Shown piece after piece: positions 9,656-18,724 of a stretch of DNA of 61,835 nucleotides; position 1 is the stretch's first letter, and every line of letters starts with the position of its first letter. Source of the DNA: Myxococcota bacterium (GTDB lineage: Bacteria > Myxococcota_A > UBA796 > GCA-2862545); assembly GCA_039208735.1 (NCBI GenBank), contig JBCCQY010000046.1, forward strand, positions 1 through 61,835. Reading direction: 5' to 3'. The notes under the pieces were generated by a model that saw only the letters and a list, made by a program, of their open reading frames with translations, was not told where the DNA came from and made no database searches. The position numbers and the translations under genes were made by a program.

Positions 9656-12600
9656 TCAGTCGAGCACGGACTCGCGAACCGTCGTCTGGCCGCTTGAACT
9701 CAAGCCCCAGCAGGTCACATCACTCTGGCCGCGAACTTGACCGCAGATGGTCCGGAAGTTCCCGGAGATGCTCTCAAGCTGGACGGCGGGCGTATCGCGC
9801 TGGCCGTAGGAGTTGGAGCCCCAGCAGACGGCCAGGTTCGTGGACGCGTCGATGCCGCAGGAATGGGTGTAGCCGGCGAGAACGTCGCTGAACGTGACGC
9901 CCTCGGGCACATCGAGGCGGCTGGACAGGTCGTGGCCCCAGCACTGGGCCGTGCCGTCGGTGCGCAGTCCACAGGTGTGCAGCGTACCGGCCGCGATGTC
10001 CGAGAAGCTCACCCCAGCGGGTACGTCGGACTGGCCCTTGTCGTTGCGGCCCCAGCAGGTCGTGGTGCCGTCCGTCTCGATGCCACAGGTGTGCCACTGG
10101 CCCGCCTCGATGAAGCGGAAGGTGCCATCGGGCGGCGTGGACTGTCCGTAGGAGTCATTGCCCCAGCAGACCACGCTCCCGCCGGACTGGAGGACGCAGG
10201 TGTGTTCACCGCCTGCGCTCACCGAGGTCACCGAGGCCAGCCCTTCTGGAACCGTGGCCTGGCCCTTGATGTCGGAGCCGTAGCAAATCACCGTGCCGTC
10301 TGACTTCACCGCGCAGGTGTGGTCGGAGCCCGCGTCCACCTGGCTGAACGGTCCGGCCTCGGGGGATTCGGACTGGCCGTAGCCGTTGGCGCCGAAGTGA
10401 TGGATCTCGCCTTCGATGCCCGACAGCGCGACCGAGTGGTTTCCACCCGCTGACACCTGGATGAGGTTGTTGGTGCAGTCGATGTCGCAGCCGATGCCGC
10501 CGTCACACTCTTCGACCGTTTGATTGAGCCCGTCGCCGCACTCTTCAAGGCCACAGTACTCGCTGCAGCCGTCGTTGTTGATGAGGTTTCCGTCGTCGCA
10601 GGTCTCTCCGAGGGACTCGTGGACGATGCCGTCGCCGCACAGCTCATTGAGGCAGTCCGCCGAGCAGCCATCCCCATCGATGTTGTTCCCGTCGTCGCAG
10701 GTCTCTCCGGCCGTGGTCTGAGTCGTGCCGTCGCCGCAGAACTCGATGAGGCAGGTCTTGCCGCAGCCATCGCCATTTCGCCGGTTGCCGTCTTCGCATT
10801 CCTCGCCCATCTCGGGCTGGAAGACGCCGTCGCCGCAGCGCTCGAGGTCACATTCGGGCGTACAGCCGTCGAGGAGTTCATCGTTGCCGTCGTCGCACTG
10901 CTCGCCGGGCTGGATCACGCCGTCGCCGCAGAACTCGACCGTACACTCGCTCGAGCAGCCGTCCGAGTTGGTCCGGTTGCCGTCTTCGCAGTCTTCACCG
11001 GGCTGAAGGACGCCGTCCCCGCAGCGCTCCCACTTGCAGACACTCGAGCACCCGTCGAAGTCGTCGAGGTTCCCGTCGTCGCACTGCTCGCCGGAGGCGT
11101 AGGCGATGAGGCCGTCACCACAGACTTCGGGGATGCATTCCTCGGAGCAGCCATCACCGTTGTCGATGTTCCCATCTTCACACAGCTCACCCAGCTCCGG
11201 CTGGAAGACCCCATCCCCGCAGACTTCGGCGCGGCAGGAGATCGAACAGCCATCCTGGTTGAACTCGTTTCCGTCGTCGCACATCTCGCCGACGTCCTGA
11301 ACTCCATTTCCGCAAGCTTCGAGCTGGCAGAGTGAGGAGCATCCGTCGCCGTCGATGAGGTTGGCATCGTCGCACTGTTCATCGCCGTCCACATCGCCGT
11401 TGCCGCACAGCTCGGGCAGGCAGCTTGCGCTGCAACCGTCGAAGTCGATGGTGTTTCCGTCGTCGCACAGCTCGTCGGTCTGGGTGTGGACCACGCCGTC
11501 ACCGCAGCGGTAGCGCAGCTCTTCGTCGTTGGACTTGTAGGCGCCAGGTCCATCCGGCACCAGGGCCTGGATGATGTCGCCCTCGACCGGAGCCCGCGGG
11601 TCGTCGCCCGGCAGGGTCAGCAGGAGCGTGCCATCGGGGCCGACCACGCCGGTGCCGATGACGCGGCTGTTTTCTTGGTCGACGTAGTTTCCGACGTTTT
11701 GCCAGGGACAAGCACCTTCTTCGCGATCGTCGCCACGGAGGAAGATGACCGTGTCGCCAGGCACCGCATCGGTGATACGGAGGATGACGCTATCACCGGG
11801 CGCACCAGGGAGAATGCCTTCGAGGACCATGTCTTCGGGGGTACCGGGGAGGTCGGTCGAACACTCGACCGGCGCTTCATCGAGTTCGGTTTCCAGGGCC
11901 AGGCCACAGTCGAGGTCGACACAGGCGCTGACCGTGTCTTCGATCACCTGGACCGGGAGGAGGTCTGAGCGGTAGGGCTCTTCGACCGCCATGACCGCCG
12001 CCTGGAGGAACCAGGCATCGGCGCCTTCGGGGAGGACCGCATCGATTTGGACCTGACCGTCGATGTTCGCTTCGCCGTAGCCGAGCAGCGTCGGCACGGG
12101 CACTTCGAGGCAGGCATCAATGAAGAGGAAGGAGCAGGTGCCGGGCGTCTTATCCGTCGAGCCGTAGAGCCACACGAGGTCGCCAGGCAGGGCGCCGTAG
12201 GCGGTCACGGACACGCTGCGCGACTCCTCACCCGACGCCGTGACCATGCTTAGGTGCACCGGCGTGGTGGGAAGGGTTGCTTCGTAGTTGGGGTCGCCCG
12301 GTCCGCAGAACTCGAGTTCGCAGGTCGCCGTGCATCCGTCGCCATCGATGACGTTTCCATCGTCGCAGTCTTCTTCGACCGTCGCGATGCCGTCTCCGCA
12401 GACCACTTCTTCGATCACAGGTCCGGTGTCGCCACCGCCATTGCCGGTGTCGTCGGTACCGCCGTCGCCGCCAGTCCCGTTGTCGCCACCGTTGCCGGTG
12501 TCATCGGAGCCGCCGTTGTCGCCGTTGTCGCCACCGTTTCCGTTGTCGCCACCGTTGCCGGTGTCATCGGAGCCGCCGTTGTCGCCACCGTCGCCGTTGT

Positions 12601-15600
12601 CATTGCCGCCGTTGTCGCCGCCATCGTTGCCACCGTTGTCGCCGCCACCGTTGCCGTTGTCGCCGCCATCGTTGCCACCGTTGTCGCCGCCACCGTTGCC
12701 GTTGTCGCCGCCATCGTTGCCGCCGTTGTCGCCGCCACCGTTGCCGTTGTCGCCGCCACCGTTGCCGTTGTCGCCGCCACCGTTGCCGTTGTCGCCGCTA
12801 CCGTTGCCGTTGTCGCCGCTACCGTTGCCGGTGTCGTCGGGGTCGGTGCCGTTGTCGCCACCGTTGCCGGTGTCGTTGGGGTTGCCGGTGTCGATCGAAC
12901 TGCCGGTGTCCGAACCTCCGGTGCCGTTGTCGCCGCTGGTACCGTTGTCGCTTTGGTCGCTGTTGTCCTCGATCTCCGTGGTGCAGTCGATGGCGCAACC
13001 ATCGCCTTCGACCGCGTTGCCATCGTCACAGGACTCATCGACCTGCACTACGCCATCGCCGCAGTACTCGAGTTCGCAGTTGAAGCGGCATCCGTCGTTG
13101 GAGAGGATGTTGCCATCGTCGCATTCCTCACCCTCGTCCACGATGCCGTCGCCGCACTCGGGTCCGGGCTGGAGCTGGGTGAGATCGCAGTACTGATACG
13201 CCTCGTTGAAGTACGCGACGGCGCGCGTCAGGTCGTCGGTGGCCCGTACGGGATGGGTTTCTTCGGCGATTTCGAGGATTTCCGAGGCCGTCAGACCCTG
13301 GTAGGGCCCTGCAGGCATGACTTCGTCTTCGATCGAGATGGCGCTGCCAAACTTCCCGGCGCGAGCGAACTCGATGTTCATCTTCAGCGCGATGACCTGG
13401 CCGTAGTAGGCGCTGCTAAGCCCCGCGGTGAGCGGGCCTTCGAGGGGCAGCATCTCGGCCACCTCCGCGGAGTCGCCCACCGTCACGTGGCAGACTTCGA
13501 GGCCGTCGGGGAAGACATCGTCGAAGTGACCGTCCCGGAAGCAGGCCGCGTTGTCGTTGACGCAGTCGTCTTCGCCCCAACTGTCCTGCGACAGGCCGCA
13601 GGGAAGCTCGGTGTCGGGAGCGCCCGTATCGATGGTCCCGGTGTCACCACCGGTGTCCGTGTCGGCGTCGGCGTCGGCGTCAGCATCGCTATCGGCGTCG
13701 GCGTCGGCGTCCGCATCGGCATCGCTATCCGCGTCGGAGTCGGCATCCGCGTCCGCGTCGCTATCCGCGTCGGAGTCGGCATCCGTGTCGGAGTCGGTGT
13801 CGGCATCCGTGTCGGAGTCGGTGTCGGTATCCGTGTCGGAGTCGGTGTCGGCGTCCGTGTCGGCGTCCGCATCAGGTGCCCCGGTATCGGTGGAGCCCGT
13901 GTCGCCGGGCTCCTCGGGTTCCTCCGTGAGGACGCATTCAAGAAGCGCGTCGAGGTCGACGTCGGCCGCGAGGCCTTCCTGGCCGGGAAGGCCAAGATGC
14001 CACTGCTGGCCGTTGGGCGATGCGCCGCCGATGCCACCCGTGACGTCCGTTTCCGCGTTTGCGATGCCGGACAGGTAGATGGCACCGCCGCCACCGCCGC
14101 CACCGCCGCCGTCCTTGTTCTGGAGCGACACGTTGCCGTCGCCGCCTCGGGCCTCAATCACAAGGTCCGTGGCGTCCGCGTCTTCGGAGACGACCACGAT
14201 CGTGCCGCCGGCACCTGCGCCACCGCCACCCTCGGCGCGGGCCGAAAGGCCGCCGGCTCCGTTGGCGCGGATGGCGCCTTCCGAGATGACGTCGATGTCG
14301 ACCGCACGGACGAAGACCACACCTCCGCCAGACTGACCGGAGCCGGCCACTCGGTTCGGAATGGGGTCGTCGCCGGCCGCGCCGCCACCGCCGCCGCCGA
14401 ACACCAGGTGATGGGGTCCGAGGTCGTCACCGACGAGCCTGCCGCCGCCTTTGCCCGCGTTGTTGCGGTCGGGGCGCGTGAACCAGCCTGAACCACCGGT
14501 TCCGCCGTTGCCTGCGTTGGCCCCGCCGCCGCCGGCTGCGTCGTTGCTTTCCCGTGCGTTTCCGCCGGCGTTACCAGGGGCTCCCGAGCCTTCGCCGTCC
14601 GGAATGACGATGCCCGCTTCCGCGTAGTCGATCATCTCGTCCAGCCAGCTCGAGTACAGCCGCTTGCTCGGTCCCGCGATGCCCTCGCCCTTGTGACCAG
14701 GAGCACCCAGCTGACCTGCGCCGTTGCGATTGAGGGTGACCGTCTGGCCCCCGCGGAAGCCCGCGCCACTCGCATCGAGCGAGCCGCCATCGAACGTCAG
14801 CGTGCCCAAGACGTCGACGGCGACCACACCGCCCGTCGCGCCGTCCCAGGGCTCCGGATAGACCGCGCCGCCTTCTTCGAGCGTCAGGTCGGCAAGCTGG
14901 GGCACTCGCACCACCTGCCAAGTGGCCCAGCCGCCTTCGCCTGCGACCTCGTGGGTCCCGCGGAAGTCGTGGAGCAGTCCACCATCGACCCCTTCGCCGA
15001 CGATCGGCACGTAGCCATCTTCGTCTGCGGGGCCGGCGGCGACCACGAACTCCCAGGTACCGGCCTCGAGCGTCCCGGGCAGGTACCCGGCGCGGTCGAA
15101 GCCGCCCTCACCATCCCCGTAGGGCTCGTCCGTCTCCACATCGGAGCCTTCGTCGATGCCCACGCCTTGGACCTGGACGATGAGCAAGCGGTCGCCCGCC
15201 TCGATGTCGATGTCGGCCCCACGGCGTTCCCCGAGGGGAATCGCCCGGTCACCGGCCACCAGATCGGCTTCGGCGCTTGCGGGAGCGAAATAGGTGTTGA
15301 GCACCACTTCGCTGTCGACCGTCGCGCTGCCATCCGTATCGATCACGCAGGCAATCGCATCGTCGAACTCCGGATCGCGCGTCTGGTCGCCGGGCTCTCC
15401 GTCGTCTTCGTCATCATCGGGGGCGCCCGTGTCCTCGGTGCCGCTGTCGGGCTCGTCGTCACCCGGTTCGTCATCGCCGGGCTCTTCCTCGGGCTCCTCG
15501 GGCTCGTCTTCATCCAGAATGCAGGAGAAGTGGTTGTCGAGCGGGACGTCCTTGAGGAAGACCCCCTCGGTTCCCGCCAGTCCGTTGTAATCGCCCGACG

Positions 15601-17845
15601 AGACGCTGATGCCGCCCTCGCCGCCTTCGACGTTGACGTCGGCTCCGCCAGCTCCGGTAAGAATGACGACGCCGCCGCCGCCTCCACCGCCGCCGCCGTC
15701 CTTGTTCATCGTGCTTGCGTTGCCAATCCCGCCGCGGGCTTCGATCTCAAGCCCCGAGGTATCCGCGTTGGCCGACACCACGAGTACGGTGCCGCCAGCG
15801 CCACCACCGCCTCCGCCTTCAGCTGGGGAGGTCAGGCCGCCCCCACCGTTGGCGAGGATGGCCCCGCCGAGCGTCGCATCGATCTCGAGGGCGCGGAAGA
15901 GCACGATGCCGCCGCCGCTTGCTCCCGATCCCGCCGCGTAGTTCTTGATGGGGTCGTCGCCTGACGCGCCGCCGCCGCCACCGCCAAATCGGAGGCCTTG
16001 TGGGCCGACCTGGGAGGGGTTGAAGGCCGCGCCGCCCTTGCCCGCGTTGTTGCGGTCACGGTGCGCGCCGTAGCCGGCGATTCCACCGTCGCCACCGTTC
16101 GCGCCTCCGCCGCCCCCGGCGTCATTGGTGAGGCGTGCGTTTCCGCCTGCGTTGGCCGGAGCCCCGCTTCCTTCCCCGGGGGGAATCGACACGCCCGCTT
16201 CGTCGTACTCGTAGAACGCATCTTCGTAGCTCGAGTACAGGACTTGGCTGGGTCCGGCGACTCCCTCACCCTTGTGACCTGGTGCGCCGAGCTGACCTGC
16301 GCCATTGCGGCGTAGCGTCGCCGCCTTGCCCCCGCGGAAGCCCGCCTCGGAAACGTCGATGATGCCGCCTTCGAACGTGGCCCGACCGGCTACGTCGATG
16401 GCGACGACACCGCCGGAGCGGCCGTCCCACGGCTCCGCAAGGACTTCCCCGCCTTCGACGAGGCGCAACGAACGGTATTGGGGCACCCGGACGGCTTGGA
16501 ACGTGCGATAGCCAAGCCCGTCCTCCACGGCTTCTTCCTGATAGTACCGATGGACCAGTCCACCGTCTTCGCCTCGGCCGGAGAAGGTGACCACCAGGCC
16601 GCCATCCGTCGAGAAGACCTCTTCGATCACCACCATTTCCCAGGTGCCCGCGGTGAGCGAGTTGGGCAGGTAGCCCGAGCGGTCTCGGCCGCCATTGCCG
16701 TCGCCGTACGAACCGTCCGGCTCGACGTCGTCCCCGGGGTCGACGTGCGCGCCTTGCATCTGCATGACCAGCAGCCGGTCGCCCGGCATCAGGTCCTGGG
16801 GTGCGCCGCGCCCGAAGTCAAGCACGAACTCCCGGTCTCCGGGGGCCAGCTGCTGTCCGTCGTAGCCCGAGGCGAAGTACGTGTTCAGGACTTCGGGGTT
16901 GTTGATGACCGCATCGCCCGCCTCATCCGACACGCAGTCGTTGAGGCCAATGGGGCTTTGGGGAGGCAAGGGAGGAACCGGGAGGAGGTCGGCGAGCGAG
17001 CATTCGAAAGAGCGGTTCGCCCACTTGACCATACGGCCGAGCTTGCGATTCTCCTTGAGCGCACGTAATTCCTCGTCGGGGAAGACCTCGTGGACCCGGT
17101 CCGCGAGTTTCGGAAACGTTCGACCTTCGAAAGGGCCGAACGGTACGGCAAAGTCGAGCAGACCGTCCTTGTCCCCAAACGCGCCCGCAGCGGCGAGTCC
17201 GAGGTTGAGTTCGAGGGCGAGGAGCTGGGGTCTCCACCCGCCGAGTCGTCCGTCATCGCCGATGCGGCGTTGCAGGAAGCGGGCGAGGTCGTCCGACGAG
17301 TCGAATGTCCACTTGTCGGAGGGGTGCTCGATGGACAACCCATCGGGGAAGGCGATGTCCCACCAGTCGTCACGAAAGCATCCAAGGGGGTCGCCCGCGT
17401 CGCATAGCCCCGCCCATTCTTCGGGCTCGAAACTACAGACCGGCAGGTCAGGGACTTCACGGAATTCGACTTCCGAGATGGCGGGATCTTCGCAGGAGCG
17501 CGTCACCGCCTGGACCTTCAGGTCCTTGAGCATCAGGCGTTGGTTGAGGTTGACGGTGATCGTCGCCACACCTGATTCGTCGGCGCGGGCTCGGCCCAAC
17601 TGCCGGAAGCCGTCCAGATCGAGACAGACCGCGAGCTGCTCAGGGCAGGCATCGCGGCCGTTGTCGGCTTCGTAAAGGAAGTGGACCTTGTCGCCGGGCT
17701 GCGCCCCGATCGCTTCGAGAACGAGCGTGCGCTTCTCCGGGAGGTCCTCCACGATCGACAGAACCAGAGGATCTGGCTCGAGATCGACCGCGTCACACTG
17801 TCCGGCCCAGGCCTGGGTCGGCAGGAACAGGTACACGAGGTTCAT
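9656..17845 (-). CDS. Giant secreted/surface modular protein (2729 aa): two Gly-rich modules, acidic linkers, Myxococcus Cys-rich (DUF4215-type) repeats, C-terminal RCC1-like propeller
   Basis: Uninterrupted 8.2-kb ORF with GGAG RBS; short signal-like N-terminus ending AWA; 14 CG[DN]G..E.C[DE] repeats; 7 RCC1-like blades (e.g. AGGEHTC). Confidence 0.92.
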   Translation of the reverse strand: MNLVYLFLPTQAWAGQCDAVDLEPDPLVLSIVEDLPEKRTLVLEAIGAQPGDKVHFLYEADNGRDACPEQLAVCLDLDGFRQLGRARADESGVATITVNLNQRLMLKDLKVQAVTRSCEDPAISEVEFREVPDLPVCSFEPEEWAGLCDAGDPLGCFRDDWWDIAFPDGLSIEHPSDKWTFDSSDDLARFLQRRIGDDGRLGGWRPQLLALELNLGLAAAGAFGDKDGLLDFAVPFGPFEGRTFPKLADRVHEVFPDEELRALKENRKLGRMVKWANRSFECSLADLLPVPPLPPQSPIGLNDCVSDEAGDAVINNPEVLNTYFASGYDGQQLAPGDREFVLDFGRGAPQDLMPGDRLLVMQMQGAHVDPGDDVEPDGSYGDGNGGRDRSGYLPNSLTAGTWEMVVIEEVFSTDGGLVVTFSGRGEDGGLVHRYYQEEAVEDGLGYRTFQAVRVPQYRSLRLVEGGEVLAEPWDGRSGGVVAIDVAGRATFEGGIIDVSEAGFRGGKAATLRRNGAGQLGAPGHKGEGVAGPSQVLYSSYEDAFYEYDEAGVSIPPGEGSGAPANAGGNARLTNDAGGGGGANGGDGGIAGYGAHRDRNNAGKGGAAFNPSQVGPQGLRFGGGGGGASGDDPIKNYAAGSGASGGGIVLFRALEIDATLGGAILANGGGGLTSPAEGGGGGGAGGTVLVVSANADTSGLEIEARGGIGNASTMNKDGGGGGGGGGVVILTGAGGADVNVEGGEGGISVSSGDYNGLAGTEGVFLKDVPLDNHFSCILDEDEPEEPEEEPGDDEPGDDEPDSGTEDTGAPDDDEDDGEPGDQTRDPEFDDAIACVIDTDGSATVDSEVVLNTYFAPASAEADLVAGDRAIPLGERRGADIDIEAGDRLLIVQVQGVGIDEGSDVETDEPYGDGEGGFDRAGYLPGTLEAGTWEFVVAAGPADEDGYVPIVGEGVDGGLLHDFRGTHEVAGEGGWATWQVVRVPQLADLTLEEGGAVYPEPWDGATGGVVAVDVLGTLTFDGGSLDASGAGFRGGQTVTLNRNGAGQLGAPGHKGEGIAGPSKRLYSSWLDEMIDYAEAGIVIPDGEGSGAPGNAGGNARESNDAAGGGGANAGNGGTGGSGWFTRPDRNNAGKGGGRLVGDDLGPHHLVFGGGGGGAAGDDPIPNRVAGSGQSGGGVVFVRAVDIDVISEGAIRANGAGGLSARAEGGGGAGAGGTIVVVSEDADATDLVIEARGGDGNVSLQNKDGGGGGGGGGAIYLSGIANAETDVTGGIGGASPNGQQWHLGLPGQEGLAADVDLDALLECVLTEEPEEPGDTGSTDTGAPDADADTDADTDSDTDTDTDSDTDADTDSDTDADSDADSDADADADSDADSDADADADADADSDADADADADTDTGGDTGTIDTGAPDTELPCGLSQDSWGEDDCVNDNAACFRDGHFDDVFPDGLEVCHVTVGDSAEVAEMLPLEGPLTAGLSSAYYGQVIALKMNIEFARAGKFGSAISIEDEVMPAGPYQGLTASEILEIAEETHPVRATDDLTRAVAYFNEAYQYCDLTQLQPGPECGDGIVDEGEECDDGNILSNDGCRFNCELEYCGDGVVQVDESCDDGNAVEGDGCAIDCTTEIEDNSDQSDNGTSGDNGTGGSDTGSSIDTGNPNDTGNGGDNGTDPDDTGNGSGDNGNGSGDNGNGGGDNGNGGGDNGNGGGDNGGNDGGDNGNGGGDNGGNDGGDNGNGGGDNGGNDGGDNGGNDNGDGGDNGGSDDTGNGGDNGNGGDNGDNGGSDDTGNGGDNGTGGDGGTDDTGNGGGDTGPVIEEVVCGDGIATVEEDCDDGNVIDGDGCTATCELEFCGPGDPNYEATLPTTPVHLSMVTASGEESRSVSVTAYGALPGDLVWLYGSTDKTPGTCSFLFIDACLEVPVPTLLGYGEANIDGQVQIDAVLPEGADAWFLQAAVMAVEEPYRSDLLPVQVIEDTVSACVDLDCGLALETELDEAPVECSTDLPGTPEDMVLEGILPGAPGDSVILRITDAVPGDTVIFLRGDDREEGACPWQNVGNYVDQENSRVIGTGVVGPDGTLLLTLPGDDPRAPVEGDIIQALVPDGPGAYKSNDEELRYRCGDGVVHTQTDELCDDGNTIDFDGCSASCLPELCGNGDVDGDEQCDDANLIDGDGCSSLCQLEACGNGVQDVGEMCDDGNEFNQDGCSISCRAEVCGDGVFQPELGELCEDGNIDNGDGCSEECIPEVCGDGLIAYASGEQCDDGNLDDFDGCSSVCKWERCGDGVLQPGEDCEDGNRTNSDGCSSECTVEFCGDGVIQPGEQCDDGNDELLDGCTPECDLERCGDGVFQPEMGEECEDGNRRNGDGCGKTCLIEFCGDGTTQTTAGETCDDGNNIDGDGCSADCLNELCGDGIVHESLGETCDDGNLINNDGCSEYCGLEECGDGLNQTVEECDGGIGCDIDCTNNLIQVSAGGNHSVALSGIEGEIHHFGANGYGQSESPEAGPFSQVDAGSDHTCAVKSDGTVICYGSDIKGQATVPEGLASVTSVSAGGEHTCVLQSGGSVVCWGNDSYGQSTPPDGTFRFIEAGQWHTCGIETDGTTTCWGRNDKGQSDVPAGVSFSDIAAGTLHTCGLRTDGTAQCWGHDLSSRLDVPEGVTFSDVLAGYTHSCGIDASTNLAVCWGSNSYGQRDTPAVQLESISGNFRTICGQVRGQSDVTCWGLSSSGQTTVRESVLD
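10474..11506 (-). repeat. Eleven tandem Myxococcus Cys-rich repeats inside the giant protein
   Basis: Unit CG[DN]G-x(6-8)-E-x-C[DE]DGN-x4-DGC-x3-C of ~31-33 aa, counted in the translation; the last unit is shortened. Confidence 0.9.
12428..12960 (-). repeat. Coding tandem repeat (GGDNGNG / GGDNGGND)n
   Basis: Near-perfect 21-nt units ccgttgccgttgtcgccgcca plus 24-nt variants. Confidence 0.9.
13655..13873 (-). repeat. Coding hexanucleotide repeat encoding (D-A/S/T)n
   Basis: gtcggc/gtcgga/atccgt units translating to DADADTDADTDSD... Confidence 0.92.
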
Positions 17846-18013
17846 GTTGACTCCATTTGAGGGTCAACTCGTCCAACGGATCGAAATCCCCGGGGTTCAA
17901 CGACAATCCGTTGATGGTGGGGTCGAATTGCGACCCCTTTTCGAAACCCGCAAGAGTTGCACCGAGGTCGATGAAGCCGGACAATGCGCCCCGCCTACAG
18001 CTTCCGAGGGTGC

Positions 18014-18724
18014 ATGTGGATCTGGCTTGTCGCCATCGACGTTTCGGTCGCCGACCCGTTCAATACGTGGCCCGAACGCACGCCACCTGGTGACGTCGCG
18101 TTCAATCCCTACGTTGGCGTAGGGCCCGCATTTGCCTCTACGTTCCTGTTCGTTGGGATGGGGGACGCCATCGACTTCATCGGAGGCTACTCGGCGGGCA
18201 TCGAAGGCGGAGAAGGCTTTCTCGGCCCGGCCGACGCCTACATTCGCGTATTTCCATGGCCTAATGCGGAAATTGCCCTAGTGGCGCACGGCCAATACAC
18301 CGACGCCGAAAACTGGTTCATCGGTCCTGAGATCCACGCCATGACGCGTCCTACGGACTGGTTTGGGCTCTGGCTCGATGCCGGTTGGCGCGGTCGCGAC
18401 GCCGGACTGGACCCGGGCTTTCTCTGGGTGGGCACCGAACTTGCCGCTGAAAGGCCATTTTTAGCCTTTGAGGCGGACTTCGAGTTTGCGCTAGACGGAA
18501 CCACCACCACGACCCTCATCCCTTCGGTCGGCGTTTGGCTTGGGGCTGAGGGGGCTACCGGCCTCTCCGCCGGCGTCTTCGTGCCCATCGGAGAGGACGC
18601 GCCTCTCGGCGTTGGGGCTTGGCTGTGGCGCAGCGTCTCACTGAAACGCAACCGAACCCAAGACCCTATCGAGGAGTTACCTCCGCGCCCCTACTACGTG
18701 GAAGAGGGCTGTTCGCTGGACTGA
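18014..18724 (+). CDS. Hypothetical secreted protein, possibly an outer-membrane beta-barrel
   Basis: Short hydrophobic N-terminus; aromatic/Gly-rich alternating beta-strand pattern. Confidence 0.6.
   Translation: MWIWLVAIDVSVADPFNTWPERTPPGDVAFNPYVGVGPAFASTFLFVGMGDAIDFIGGYSAGIEGGEGFLGPADAYIRVFPWPNAEIALVAHGQYTDAENWFIGPEIHAMTRPTDWFGLWLDAGWRGRDAGLDPGFLWVGTELAAERPFLAFEADFEFALDGTTTTTLIPSVGVWLGAEGATGLSAGVFVPIGEDAPLGVGAWLWRSVSLKRNRTQDPIEELPPRPYYVEEGCSLD

Noticed and set aside
12428..12960. Regular direct repeats as a possible CRISPR array
   Set aside because: Units are contiguous, in frame and coding; no unique spacers and no cas genes
12254..14491. Long plus-strand ORFs (745 aa VVAAT/VGVG-rich; 302 aa PPLS-rich; 175 aa SASA-rich)
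   Set aside because: Antisense shadows of the low-complexity repeats in the giant minus-strand gene
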